Below are positions 1-9,977 of a stretch of DNA of 64,000 nt, piece after piece. Source of the stretch: Bacteroidia bacterium. Lineage in GTDB: Bacteria > Bacteroidota > Bacteroidia > CAILMK01 > JACPUW01. Both the position numbers and the translations under genes were made by a program. The first letter of the stretch is position 1, and every line of letters starts with the position of its first letter. Under the pieces are notes generated by a model, which searched no databases, was not told the origin of the DNA, and saw nothing but the letters and a program-made list of their open reading frames with translations. The DNA lies in assembly GCA_049115495.1 (NCBI GenBank), contig JAGDZV010000001.1, forward strand, positions 528,131 through 592,130, in the 5' to 3' direction.

Positions 1-737
1 ACGAAGAAGAAGTTGAAGTAAAAATTTACGAAACTGAAGAAGGTGAAGATATAATGATAATTGAAAAGGAAGAGGAAGATTATGACGTTGAAATAAAGCA
101 TTCTGGCGACAGGAGCATTGCCCACTGGGCCGGTTTTGAAGCCGGTGTAAATGGACTTATGACAAGCGACATGAGTTTAAACCTTGAAAATTCAGCTTAC
201 GACCTAGATTATTCAAAATCACTTTTTGCCAACCTAAATATTTTAGAACAAAAGCTTGCATTCTTTAAAGGATATGGTGGTATAGTTACCGGACTCGGGT
301 TTAACTTTAACTCTTTCGCTTTTAAAGAAAACACAACACTTGGCTTTAACTCAGATTCAACTTGGACATCATTAACCCCTGCAACAAGCTTTAGAAGAAA
401 TAAACTCAATGTTACATACTTAACTATACCTTTAATGCTTGAGTTCAACACAAGTCTAAACCAAGATAAAAGCTTTCACATAGGCTTTGGTGTACAGGGC
501 GGCTTTAAGCTCTTAGCCAGAACAAAGCAGAGATATGAAGTAAATAACGAAAACTACAGATTAAATGTAAGGGGGCATTACAACGTAAACCCTTGGAAAG
601 CTGATGCCATTGCAAGAGTTGGATATAAAAACTTTACACTTTTTGCCAACTACCCTCTAACACAGTTTTTTGAACAAGGAGCAGGCCCTGAAATGTACAC
701 CTGGCAAGTAGGTCTTAGAATAATTGACTTCGGATAA
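1..737 (+). CDS. outer-membrane beta-barrel protein, 5'-partial (reading frame open to window start)
   Basis: No stop in frame from nt 3. Acidic N-terminus, then alternating hydrophobic beta-strand pattern with Gly/aromatic-rich segments. Followed by a terminator. Confidence 0.5.
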   Translation, partial: EEEVEVKIYETEEGEDIMIIEKEEEDYDVEIKHSGDRSIAHWAGFEAGVNGLMTSDMSLNLENSAYDLDYSKSLFANLNILEQKLAFFKGYGGIVTGLGFNFNSFAFKENTTLGFNSDSTWTSLTPATSFRRNKLNVTYLTIPLMLEFNTSLNQDKSFHIGFGVQGGFKLLARTKQRYEVNNENYRLNVRGHYNVNPWKADAIARVGYKNFTLFANYPLTQFFEQGAGPEMYTWQVGLRIIDFG

Positions 738-810
738 ACACCAATAACCTAACCAAAACTTATCATAATGCCCTTCTGAAACCGAATGCCAACAGTTTTA
801 GAAGAAATTA

Positions 811-843
811 GAGCGGAGCTGCCCAATAGCTCCGCTTTTTTAT
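811..843 (+). terminator. rho-independent terminator
   Basis: agcggagc-N8-gctccgct stem followed by TTTTTTAT. Confidence 0.6.
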
Positions 844-895
844 TTTTAACCATTCTTACATGTAATACATATTTAATTGCTTAACTCATAAACTT

Positions 896-903
896 TAGCT
901 TTG
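896..903 (+). promoter_or_regulatory. Bacteroidetes -7 promoter box (TAGCTTTG, consensus TAnnTTTG) upstream of gatB
   Basis: Match to the sigmaA(Bacteroidetes) -7 consensus, 24 nt upstream of ATG 927. Confidence 0.3.
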
Positions 904-926
904 CAACATAGCTTTTGAGCAATAGA

Positions 927-2381
927 ATGGAAGATAAATATAGTAAGTACGAGGCTGTAATTGGTTTAGAAGTTCACGCACAGCTTTTAACCAAAAGTAA
1001 AGCATACTCAAATGATATAAATGAATACGGCGGTTCGCCAAATTCTCATGTAAGTACCATAACACTTGGCCATCCGGGTACTTTACCTAAACCAAACAAA
1101 GCGCACTTTGAGTTGGCCATTAAAATGGGCCTTGCTTTGCATAGTAATATTCACCGCGACACCATTTTTAGCAGAAAAAACTATTTCTATGCCGATTTGC
1201 CAAAGGGTTATCAAATTACCCAAGACAAAACTCCATTATGCACTGGCGGCAGAATAATGATTAAAGATGCTGAAGGAAAAGATAAAGAAATTGGTATTAC
1301 TAGAATTCACTGCGAAGAAGATTCAGGAAAATCACAGCACGATATAGATCCTTTCAACACTTTAGTTGACCTTAACCGTGCAGGAATTCCATTAATTGAA
1401 ATTGTTACAGAACCTGATTTTCGTCATCCGCAAGAAGCCTATAACTACCTTACGGAAATTAGAAAAATAGTGCGCTATCTTGAAATCTGTGATGGCAATA
1501 TGGAAGAAGGATCGTTAAGGTGTGATGCCAACGTTTCAGTAAGGCCAGTTGGTAGAGAAAAATTTGGAACCAAGGTTGAAGTTAAAAATATGAACTCCAT
1601 TAGTAATGTAAAACGTGCTTTGGAGTATGAAATAAAAAGGCAAATAGATGATATTGAAATTGGCTTAGAAATACAGCCAGATACACGTGGCTTTGATGCA
1701 GGAAACGGCACCACCCACACGCAGCGTAGTAAAGAAGAAGCCAACGATTACCGTTATTTCCCCGAACCTGATCTTCCACCGGTAAAGCTTTCGCAAGATT
1801 TTATTGAGAAAATAAAGGCCGAAATGCCACCCATGCACTGGGAGCTTCATGAAAAATTTATGGCAAATTATGGCTTGAGCGATTATGATGCAACCATAAT
1901 TGCTAGCGAGAAATATTTTGCATTATACTTTGAAGAGCTTATTGGTTTTACCAAAAACTACAAAGCAGCTGCCAACTGGATGATTGGGCCAATTCGTGGT
2001 TATTTAAATGATAAAGCAGTTGATATTAAAGAGTTCCCTATTCAAACCAAGGTAATTGCCAAAATTATTGAATTGATTGATGAAGGTAAATTGAGCTTTG
2101 CATCGGCAAATCAAAAGCTTTTTCAGGCTTTACTTGAGCAACCTGATACTGAACCTTTCGCACTTGCAAAGTCTCTAAACCTTATTCAAGAAAGTGGCGA
2201 CGACTTTTTGTTAGGAATAATAGACGAAGTAATTGCCGAATTCCCTGATAAAGTGGCCGCATATAGAGCCGGTAAAAAAGGCTTGCTAGGTATGTTTATG
2301 GGCCAAATAATGAAACGCTCTAAAGGCAAGGCAGATCCTAAGAAAACCAACCAGCTCTTGGCTCAAGAATTGGATAAATAA
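927..2381 (+). CDS. gatB: Asp-tRNA(Asn)/Glu-tRNA(Gln) amidotransferase subunit B
   Basis: MEDKYSKYEAVIGLEVHAQL N-terminus and C-terminal GatB/YqeY-type tail. ORF-track start 915 is an upstream TTG; ATG 927 is the likelier start. Confidence 0.9.
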   Translation: MEDKYSKYEAVIGLEVHAQLLTKSKAYSNDINEYGGSPNSHVSTITLGHPGTLPKPNKAHFELAIKMGLALHSNIHRDTIFSRKNYFYADLPKGYQITQDKTPLCTGGRIMIKDAEGKDKEIGITRIHCEEDSGKSQHDIDPFNTLVDLNRAGIPLIEIVTEPDFRHPQEAYNYLTEIRKIVRYLEICDGNMEEGSLRCDANVSVRPVGREKFGTKVEVKNMNSISNVKRALEYEIKRQIDDIEIGLEIQPDTRGFDAGNGTTHTQRSKEEANDYRYFPEPDLPPVKLSQDFIEKIKAEMPPMHWELHEKFMANYGLSDYDATIIASEKYFALYFEELIGFTKNYKAAANWMIGPIRGYLNDKAVDIKEFPIQTKVIAKIIELIDEGKLSFASANQKLFQALLEQPDTEPFALAKSLNLIQESGDDFLLGIIDEVIAEFPDKVAAYRAGKKGLLGMFMGQIMKRSKGKADPKKTNQLLAQELDK

Positions 2382-2391
2382 ACCCTTTAGA

Positions 2392-3696
2392 ATGATAAAA
2401 AACTTCCTTATATACGTTTTTGCAGCGGTCGCTTTTTTTGCATCTTCTTGTCAAGGAGACAATAAACCTTCGAGCGGCACCTCTGCTTTTAGGGTTGAAA
2501 ATGACTCTAAGCCACAAGAAGAAACAACAATTGAAGTAGACAATAGTGATAAAACCCCGGTAGTTGTTGATAGCAGCAATGCCGAAACATTATTTGCGCT
2601 TGAACGCGAAAAACTTGAACAAAAGGCTGACGAAGCTTTAAACCAGCGCGAAGAAAAAGTAGTAAGGGTTTCAGGTACTATAATTGGTGGAGCTGGAATG
2701 GATATTACGCTCGATAAACTTGGTGGAAAAACCAATATGGAGCCAATTAAAACCACAATTATAAATGAAGATGGCTATTTTGAACTTGATGCTACAACCA
2801 GTCAAGAACAAATATTTAGTTTAAGAACAGATAAGGGTAATATGCTTCTGTGGCTTGAAGGAGACGGAAACTATGAGGTGAGGGCAAATATTAATGAATT
2901 GAGCAAGTATCAAGTAAACGCACCTTTTAGTTACAAAGTGCGCGAATTTTATTTGATTTTGGAAGAATTTAACGAGCGACATAGGAAAATAGCACGTCGT
3001 GAGGACCGCTACACAAAAGCAAAGAAAGCTTGGAAGATTCAAAGGGTACTTGACTCCATGCCGTATTACAACAGCTTAATTGAAAAAGAAAGGGCAAAAG
3101 CTATAATTAACTTTATTAACAATAATCGCAATAATCCTTTTGCAGCCGAAGCCGCTAATAGACTTGATTACCTTAAACATACCAAGTTTATTAATGACTT
3201 ATACCAGGAGTTGGTTAAAGATTATCCGTACTCATCATACGTAAAAAATGTAGGTCTTAAGTTGGTAGATTTTAAAGCATTGGCAATAGGCAACAAAGCT
3301 CCCGAACTTGTAATGCCAATATTAAATGGCGATAATTATAGACTTAGCGATCTTAAGGGCAAACATGTTTTATTACTATTTACCCTTTCCTACAGCGATC
3401 CTTGTCTTGATTATGGCGAAGACTTGGTGAGCATTTACAACCAATATAGCAGTAAAGGATTTGAAATTTATAATGTAGCGCTTGACGAAACAAGAGAAGA
3501 TTGGAGCTACTATATAAATGAAACGGGAGCCAATTGGATAGTAGTTAGTGACCAGTTGGGCCAAAAAACCACGGCTTTTGATTATTACATTGCGCATGAC
3601 TACCCAATGACCTACATGATTGACGACGAAGGTAGAATTGCTGCCAAGTTTTTGACTGTTCAAGAAGTAGATCAATACCTTTCTGAAAACCTATAG
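2392..3696 (+). CDS. TlpA/AhpC-TSA-like thioredoxin-fold lipoprotein with degenerate active site
   Basis: Lipobox (FFASSCQ). C-terminal thioredoxin-like block (KGKHVLLLF..FEIYNVALDE) in which the canonical WCxPC is replaced by SYSDPC. Confidence 0.6.
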   Translation: MIKNFLIYVFAAVAFFASSCQGDNKPSSGTSAFRVENDSKPQEETTIEVDNSDKTPVVVDSSNAETLFALEREKLEQKADEALNQREEKVVRVSGTIIGGAGMDITLDKLGGKTNMEPIKTTIINEDGYFELDATTSQEQIFSLRTDKGNMLLWLEGDGNYEVRANINELSKYQVNAPFSYKVREFYLILEEFNERHRKIARREDRYTKAKKAWKIQRVLDSMPYYNSLIEKERAKAIINFINNNRNNPFAAEAANRLDYLKHTKFINDLYQELVKDYPYSSYVKNVGLKLVDFKALAIGNKAPELVMPILNGDNYRLSDLKGKHVLLLFTLSYSDPCLDYGEDLVSIYNQYSSKGFEIYNVALDETREDWSYYINETGANWIVVSDQLGQKTTAFDYYIAHDYPMTYMIDDEGRIAAKFLTVQEVDQYLSENL

Positions 3697-3699
3697 CAT

Positions 3700-4413
3700 T
3701 TGAAAGTAAAGTTTAAGGATTTAATCGTTTTTGAAGACGATGACATCTACGTAATAAATAAACCTGCTGGCATTAGCAGCTTGGCAGAGCACACCGCTCC
3801 TACTCTTTCGCTTTTTGATGTAATGAAAGCTCATAATCCTGAAGCGAGACTTTGCCACAGGTTAGATAAGTTTACTTCCGGCTGCATGATTGTCTCAAAA
3901 AACGATGAAGCTTACCGTACCATTTCAATAGGTTTTGAGAAAAGAGACATTAAAAAGACCTACCATGCGGTGGTACATAAGCCAAGTGCTTTTGAGAACG
4001 ATAGCGTAAAAATGCCTTTGGTTAAAAAGGTGAATAACACTGGAATTATTGCACCCAATGGCAAACCTGCCGAAACCGTTTTCAACACATTGGAAAGCTT
4101 TAAGCATTTCAGCTTGGTTGAATGTAAACCCATTACAGGCCGTTTTCATCAAATACGGGTCCATTTGCAATATGTTGATCACCCAATTGTTGCAGATGAA
4201 TTGTACGGTGGTAAAATTCCATACCTCAGCGATATATTACCACGATACAAAAACTCAAGCCGCAGAAAGGAAAACCCAATGATTCGCAGATTTGCCTTAC
4301 ACGCACATGAGTTGAGCTTTAAAGCACCAAATGGTAAAGTACTAGAAGTTACTGCTCCGTATCCAAAGGATTTTAACACGCTTGTGAAGTTGGTTAGGAA
4401 GAACGATAGGTAA
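3700..4413 (+). CDS. RluA-family pseudouridine synthase
   Basis: VINKPAGI and HRLDKFTSG motifs. TTG start. Confidence 0.8.
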   Translation: MKVKFKDLIVFEDDDIYVINKPAGISSLAEHTAPTLSLFDVMKAHNPEARLCHRLDKFTSGCMIVSKNDEAYRTISIGFEKRDIKKTYHAVVHKPSAFENDSVKMPLVKKVNNTGIIAPNGKPAETVFNTLESFKHFSLVECKPITGRFHQIRVHLQYVDHPIVADELYGGKIPYLSDILPRYKNSSRRKENPMIRRFALHAHELSFKAPNGKVLEVTAPYPKDFNTLVKLVRKNDR

Positions 4414-4447
4414 GGAACTCCCCTTTTTTCTAAGACTTTCAAAAAAC

Positions 4448-4482
4448 AAAACCCCAAACAGCAGGCGCCATTTGGGGTTTAT
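4448..4482. terminator. bidirectional hairpin terminator between convergent genes
   Basis: ccccaaa-N12-tttgggg stem flanked by A/T runs, between the RluA-family gene (+) and htpG (-). Confidence 0.5.
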
Positions 4483-4503
4483 ATAAACAGGTTTCTAGGT
4501 ATT

Positions 4504-6321
4504 TTATTTTACCATATCAAGGCTGCGGTTTACAAAGTTGGTCAACTCTGCACCGGTTAATAAACCATTAGAAAGCTTAGCTAAGTCAACAGCATATTGT
4601 GCCAATTTGCCTTGCTCATCACCGTCCATTCCAGCAATTTTTCTTGAGATCTCGTGGTTTGTATTTACCACTAAATTGTAAGTATCTGGGAAACCACCCA
4701 TTCCCATCATACCGCCACCACCCATGGCTTGCATTTCTTTCATTCTACGCATAAACTCATCTTGCGTAATCATTACAGGTGGGTCTTGCGGAGAAAGTGG
4801 CTTGTTTTCTACTTTATAGGTGGCTTCTTCAACAAGTCCTTTATAGGCTTCAATTACTTTCTCAACTTCTTTTTTGCTAAGTACTTCTTCAGCTTTTTCA
4901 TCTTTGTCAATAAGCTCACTTATTGGCGCTGCGTCAATTCTCTTAACACTAAGGCCTTCTTCAGTTGATTCTATTTTCTGAATTAAATGACTGTCAATCG
5001 GATGATCAAATACCGCTACATCATAACCACGCTCATTTGCCTGAGCAATTTGGCTATTGTGCATATCGGCATTAGAAGTGTATAGGTAAACCAACTTATC
5101 GTCTTTGTCGGTTTGCGCAACTTTTACTTTCTCTTTGTATTCTTCTAGCGTAGCAAACTCGCCATTAGTGTTTTTAATTAAGAAGAACTTCTTGGCCTTT
5201 TCGAAGAATTTATCTTCGGTTAGCATTCCGTATTTTACAAATACGCCAATGTCTTCCCACTTCTCTTCAAATGCCTTGCGGTCTTCTTTAAACAAGCTAT
5301 CAAGTTTATCAGCTACTTTTCTTACAATGTAGTTGCTAATTTTCTTAACGTTTCCATCGGCTTGTAAGTAACTTCTCGATACGTTTAATGGAATATCAGG
5401 AGAATCAATTACACCATGTAGCAGCGTTAAAAACTCTGGTACAATGTCGGTTACCTTGTCAGTAACAAATACCTGATTACTGTATAGGTGAATCTTGTTT
5501 TTATCAAGAGCTAAAGAGTTGTCGACCTTAGGAAAATAGAGAATTCCAGTTAAGTTAAACGGATAATCAACATTTAAGTGAATGTTGAATAATGGATCTG
5601 GCTGAAAAGGAAATAAGTCTTTATAAAACTCATTGTACTCTTCTTCCTTAATATCTGAAGGTTGTTTTAGCCAAAGCGGATCAGTTTTATTGATTGGGTC
5701 TTCATCGCCATAAGCAATTTCAACCGGCATAAACTTGCAATACTTCTTTAGCAAGTCTTTTATCTTGTTGTCTTCAAGAAAATCTTCTTCGCCTTCGTTT
5801 ACGTGAAGTATTACATCAGTACCACGATTTTCTCTGGTAGTTTCTTCCATTTCAAAATCGGTAGTACCTACACAACTCCATTTTACTGCGGGTGCATCAC
5901 TGTGGCTTTTTGTTACCAACTCAACTTTGTTTGCAATCATAAATGCAGAGTAAAAACCTAAGCCAAAGTGACCGATAATGGCACTTTTATCGTCAAGGTC
6001 TTTAAACTTCTCAACAAACTCTTCTGCTGATGAAAAAGCGATTTGGTTGATATACTTTTCAACTTCTTCTTCGCTCATACCAATTCCGTTGTCAGAAATG
6101 GTAAGTGTCTTTTTATCCTTATCAGCTTTTACAGTAATTCTGGTTTCACCTAGTTCGCTATTCAATTCGCCTTTTTGAGCCAACATTTTTACTTTCTGCG
6201 TAGCATCAACGGCATTAGAAACCAATTCTCTTAAGAAAATCTCATGGTCAGAGTACAGGAATTTTTTAATAATCGGAAAAATATTCTCGGTATGTACCTG
6301 CAAGGTCCCTTTTTTACTCAT
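4504..6321 (-). CDS. htpG: molecular chaperone HtpG (Hsp90)
   Basis: N-terminal GHKL ATPase motifs (ELVSNAVDA, DNGIGM), 605 aa. Confidence 0.9.
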   Translation of the reverse strand: MSKKGTLQVHTENIFPIIKKFLYSDHEIFLRELVSNAVDATQKVKMLAQKGELNSELGETRITVKADKDKKTLTISDNGIGMSEEEVEKYINQIAFSSAEEFVEKFKDLDDKSAIIGHFGLGFYSAFMIANKVELVTKSHSDAPAVKWSCVGTTDFEMEETTRENRGTDVILHVNEGEEDFLEDNKIKDLLKKYCKFMPVEIAYGDEDPINKTDPLWLKQPSDIKEEEYNEFYKDLFPFQPDPLFNIHLNVDYPFNLTGILYFPKVDNSLALDKNKIHLYSNQVFVTDKVTDIVPEFLTLLHGVIDSPDIPLNVSRSYLQADGNVKKISNYIVRKVADKLDSLFKEDRKAFEEKWEDIGVFVKYGMLTEDKFFEKAKKFFLIKNTNGEFATLEEYKEKVKVAQTDKDDKLVYLYTSNADMHNSQIAQANERGYDVAVFDHPIDSHLIQKIESTEEGLSVKRIDAAPISELIDKDEKAEEVLSKKEVEKVIEAYKGLVEEATYKVENKPLSPQDPPVMITQDEFMRRMKEMQAMGGGGMMGMGGFPDTYNLVVNTNHEISRKIAGMDGDEQGKLAQYAVDLAKLSNGLLTGAELTNFVNRSLDMVK

Positions 6322-6438
6322 TTGTTATAAGTTTTTGTTTGGTCGGCTTTTATCAAGGCCTGTGCCAGCATCCAAATAAACCTGAGTAGTGAAAAATTGC
6401 CCTTTTATACTGTCATTTTAGTGTCAAGCTGACAGTAT

Positions 6439-7110
6439 CTAGGTGTAGTTGCGCGCACCAAATAACTTGCTGCCAATACGCACCAGAGTGCTGCCTTGGT
6501 CAAGGGCAATTTTGTAATCGCCGCTCATTCCCATTGATATTTCTTTGAAATGCTCATCACCTGAAAAGGTTGTTGACTTCAGTTGATCAAAAAGTGTTTT
6601 GAGCCCAGCAAACTCTTTGGCAACTTGATTAGTATTATCAGTGTTGGTAGCCATTCCCATTAAGCCACAAATCTGAACGTGCTGTTCTTCTCGAGCCATA
6701 AAATTGTTTAGCAATTGTTCAAGCTCATTTTTGTTAAGACCAAATTTTGTTTGCTCTTCGGCAATATGCATTTGCAAAAGAACTCTAATGATGCGATTGT
6801 TTTTCTTGGCTTGCTTGTCAATTTCATTCAATAGCCTTTCAGAATCTACACCATGCACCAAGGTTACAAATGGCGCCATGTATTTTACCTTGTTACGCTG
6901 TAAATGGCCAATCATGTGCCACTCAATATCCTTAGGCAATACTTCTTCTTTGGCTGCTAGCTCTTGTACCTTACTCTCACCAAAAATTCTTTGCCCTTGG
7001 CCATAAAAAGTCTCAATAGATTCAATTGGCTTGGTTTTAGAAACTGCAACCAATCTGGCACTATACCCCTTTAGTTCATTTAATACTTGTTGGTAAGCTT
7101 CTAAGTTCAT
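6439..7110 (-). CDS. yggS: YggS-family pyridoxal-phosphate homeostasis protein
   Basis: LVAVSKTKP PLP-lysine motif, 223 aa, alanine-racemase N-terminal fold. Confidence 0.85.
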   Translation of the reverse strand: MNLEAYQQVLNELKGYSARLVAVSKTKPIESIETFYGQGQRIFGESKVQELAAKEEVLPKDIEWHMIGHLQRNKVKYMAPFVTLVHGVDSERLLNEIDKQAKKNNRIIRVLLQMHIAEEQTKFGLNKNELEQLLNNFMAREEQHVQICGLMGMATNTDNTNQVAKEFAGLKTLFDQLKSTTFSGDEHFKEISMGMSGDYKIALDQGSTLVRIGSKLFGARNYT

Positions 7111-7128
7111 AAAATCTATTTTCGCAAA

Positions 7129-7590
7129 ATGAAAGGTAAAACGCTTCTTTTTGTTCTAATTTTTTCGGTTTTAATAACCGCATGCAAAACTAAGCTCGAA
7201 AATGTGAAGCCTCCTAAAGATGTTTTGGGCAAACAAGAGATGATTGCACTTTTGGTAGACATTCATTTGGCAGAAGCCCTTGGTTATATGGAACGCATAA
7301 ATAATCTTGAAAAGCAGGAGTTATTAAGTTCTGAATATGCGGTGGTATTAAACAAGCATAGCGTAAGTAAAGAATTACTAGAGAAGAGCTACAATTGGTA
7401 TTTAGAAAACCCCTTGGTTTTTGAAAACATGTACGATGAGATAATTGAACAAATAAAGGCCCAAGAGCAATTTGCTAATGACCCCAATGAAATAAAGAAG
7501 GAAGACGAAGAGATGCCTGAAGAAATTCCTGCAGGTGAAATAATCGAAATTAATAAACCGCTATTACCCCCTAAAAACGTAACGAACTAG
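7129..7590 (+). CDS. DUF4296-family lipoprotein
   Basis: Lipobox (LITACK) plus MIALLVDIHLAEA signature typical of DUF4296. Confidence 0.5.
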   Translation: MKGKTLLFVLIFSVLITACKTKLENVKPPKDVLGKQEMIALLVDIHLAEALGYMERINNLEKQELLSSEYAVVLNKHSVSKELLEKSYNWYLENPLVFENMYDEIIEQIKAQEQFANDPNEIKKEDEEMPEEIPAGEIIEINKPLLPPKNVTN

Positions 7591-7757
7591 CATTAGCACC
7601 AATGCTACAATAAATAGGTATATGCTGATTCTATTAATGCCATGCATTGCTTTTAAGCTAAAGTTATTCTTAGCATTGGCATCTTTTGAAAAGGGATTTA
7701 GGTAGAAAAGAAACTTCTTAAACCACGTCATATTTTCAAGATTTAGGAGATAGACAA

Positions 7758-7991
7758 TTAAGCGCCTTTTTTTGTTTTGCCCACTTTACCAATAAAAAAA
7801 CTACTAACTGCAATACTTAAAACTATAGTTATGAGCAGCCCTGTAAAATATTGGTCTCCTATACCTTTTAGTACCGTATTAACATTGTAAATTGAAACTG
7901 ATACTAGCACAATAAGGGCTCCTATAAGCCAATCGTTAAATTTATCTTGTTTCATTTTTTGAATAGGTCCTGTGTTATGTGTGTAATTCAA
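7758..7991 (-). CDS. small hypothetical membrane protein (2 TM)
   Basis: 77-aa ORF with two hydrophobic helices. No recognisable family. Confidence 0.3.
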   Translation of the reverse strand: MNYTHNTGPIQKMKQDKFNDWLIGALIVLVSVSIYNVNTVLKGIGDQYFTGLLITIVLSIAVSSFFIGKVGKTKKGA

Positions 7992-8128
7992 AAAACTGCT
8001 CTCCCAAACAGACCGTAAATCTAAGGCATTTTTTAAAACCCCAATTTTTAAGAGAAATTTTTAAGACTATTTTTAAACAAGTAAGAATTCATCAACATCT
8101 CAGCATTTAAAGAATGAAAACACTCAAT

Positions 8129-8136
8129 TAACTTTG
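8129..8136 (+). promoter_or_regulatory. Bacteroidetes -7 promoter box (TAACTTTG) upstream of purQ
   Basis: TAnnTTTG match 14 nt upstream of ATG 8151. Confidence 0.3.
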
Positions 8137-8150
8137 CACAAAGTTTAGAA

Positions 8151-8837
8151 ATGAAGTTTGGCGTAGTAACCTTTCCAGGATCAAATTGCAATCACGATAC
8201 CTACCATGTATTAAAAGATGTTATGGGTTTCAACACCGTAGAGCTATGGCACAAAGACCATGATTTACAGGGTGTTGACTTCATATTTTTACCAGGTGGA
8301 TTTTCTTATGGTGACTACCTAAGATCAGGGGCAGTAGCTCGATTCTCTCCAATTATGGAACAGGTTATTGAGCATGCCAATAAAGGTGGTTATGTAATGG
8401 GGATTTGCAATGGCTTTCAAATTCTTTGCGAAGCTGGCTTGCTACCTGGAGTTTTAATGCACAACAATAGCCACAAATTCATTTGTAAGAATGTGCATCT
8501 TAAACCTGTAAACACAAACACGCTAATTACAAATGGACTTAGTACCACCGATGTACTAAAAGTACCAATTGCTCATGCCGAAGGAAATTATTTTGCTATG
8601 AGCGATACCATCAAAGAGATAGAAGATAATAATCAAGTCTTATTTAGATACTGTAATGAAAAAGGCGACATAACCAACGAAGCCAATCCAAATGGCAGTA
8701 TAAGCAATATTGCAGGCGTAACTAATAAAGGCCAAAATGTGTTTGGTATGATGCCACACCCTGAGCGAGCTGCAGAATCAATTCTTGGTAACGAAGACGG
8801 CCGCCGCCTATTCGAAAACATTTTAGAGAAAGTTTAA
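8151..8837 (+). CDS. purQ: phosphoribosylformylglycinamidine synthase subunit PurQ (glutaminase)
   Basis: [17 protein letters not shown]-terminus. Catalytic Cys (GICNGFQ) and His (HPE). Confidence 0.9.
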   Translation: MKFGVVTFPGSNCNHDTYHVLKDVMGFNTVELWHKDHDLQGVDFIFLPGGFSYGDYLRSGAVARFSPIMEQVIEHANKGGYVMGICNGFQILCEAGLLPGVLMHNNSHKFICKNVHLKPVNTNTLITNGLSTTDVLKVPIAHAEGNYFAMSDTIKEIEDNNQVLFRYCNEKGDITNEANPNGSISNIAGVTNKGQNVFGMMPHPERAAESILGNEDGRRLFENILEKV

Positions 8838-9255
8838 GAAACCCTTTTTAAGCCAATTTTGCCATTAAATAATTTATTGTGAAAATCTATTTTACAGTAA
8901 ATTATTGTTCTATGTTAACGCCAATTGGCTCAGCAGATTCAAAAAATGCAAAAGCATTGATTTGGAGAGATTTAAATTATCTACTCCCTATCTTCAAATA
9001 ACTGAATTGAAACTTGCTTCAAAGTATTGCTGGGTTAAAAACAAAACCCAAATCAACTAACAAGCAAGGCATTCTGATTTGACTGCAATATAAATTTACT
9101 TCTCAATAAGTTTCCTTGTTGTATTTAAAAACCTGTAAAATGAGAACTAAGGTGAGTCAAACCATTTTTAGAACTTTCAGGGGTTTGAATATTACTCTTT
9201 AACAAATAAGACGGCAGATTTCCATTGCAGGCTGGTACTTCCTGTGAAGGTATGA

Positions 9256-9603
9256 TCAACAGATTTTGTGAAGTAAGGTTAGGGTACCATTGATTCTGCC
9301 GTCTTTTGGTCCATAAATAAACCAAGCACATTTATTACGAGAAAAGTTTACTAATCGAGTACATTGTAGAAGTTCAAGTTTTGCAGTTGAAGCTTCAAAT
9401 TCAACCTTTACAAAAGGAAACAATTCTTCATTTAGGTCAATCCCTTTTTCGTAATTGTAAATTCGTAAATCATTGAAATGCTTCGTATTTTCATCAGGGG
9501 CGTCTTGATGAAATTTACTTGAAAGTGTCATCTTAAAACCAAGCGTAAACATTAACAATATAGCTGCTGCTATAACTATAAGTTTTGTGGCTTTTTTTGA
9601 CAT
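9256..9603 (-). CDS. hypothetical membrane-anchored protein
   Basis: N-terminal TM/signal anchor. No family recognised. Confidence 0.3.
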   Translation of the reverse strand: MSKKATKLIVIAAAILLMFTLGFKMTLSSKFHQDAPDENTKHFNDLRIYNYEKGIDLNEELFPFVKVEFEASTAKLELLQCTRLVNFSRNKCAWFIYGPKDGRINGTLTLLHKIC

Positions 9604-9691
9604 TGCTACTTTGATTTCTTAGTTCAAAAGTAGATAGCCCAAAAAGTGGTTTTATCACCCAAATGGGTGAATTTTAAAAAAGTACTAGCAG

Positions 9692-9892
9692 CTATTTGCT
9701 TTCTTCAAAATCTATATAATCTCCTTCATCATCAGGTATATGCCCTTTATCATCTGGTTTCTGGGTGTATTTAACATCGTCATTCTTTTTAGAACTTCGA
9801 CCTTTTGAACCATTGCCTGAGAAAAAATTGTCTAGAAACCTCCAAACAAAATAGGCCAAAACCATGAAAGCTATTGTTCTTAGTAATCCCAT
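9692..9892 (-). CDS. DUF4834-family small membrane protein
   Basis: MGLLRTIAFMVLAYFVWRF N-terminal helix and acidic C-terminus ending D-F-E-E, as in DUF4834. Confidence 0.5.
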   Translation of the reverse strand: MGLLRTIAFMVLAYFVWRFLDNFFSGNGSKGRSSKKNDDVKYTQKPDDKGHIPDDEGDYIDFEESK

Positions 9893-9977
9893 ATAAAATT
9901 CAAATAAACATGAATCGTTATAAATTTAAATACCAAATGCCATCAAAGGTTTAGACAGATTATAAATGGCCAATTTC

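Noticed and set aside
6400-6430. actgtca-N14-tgacagt hairpin downstream of yggS as a terminator
   Set aside because: No adjacent U-run on the transcribed strand and a large loop, so evidence is insufficient.
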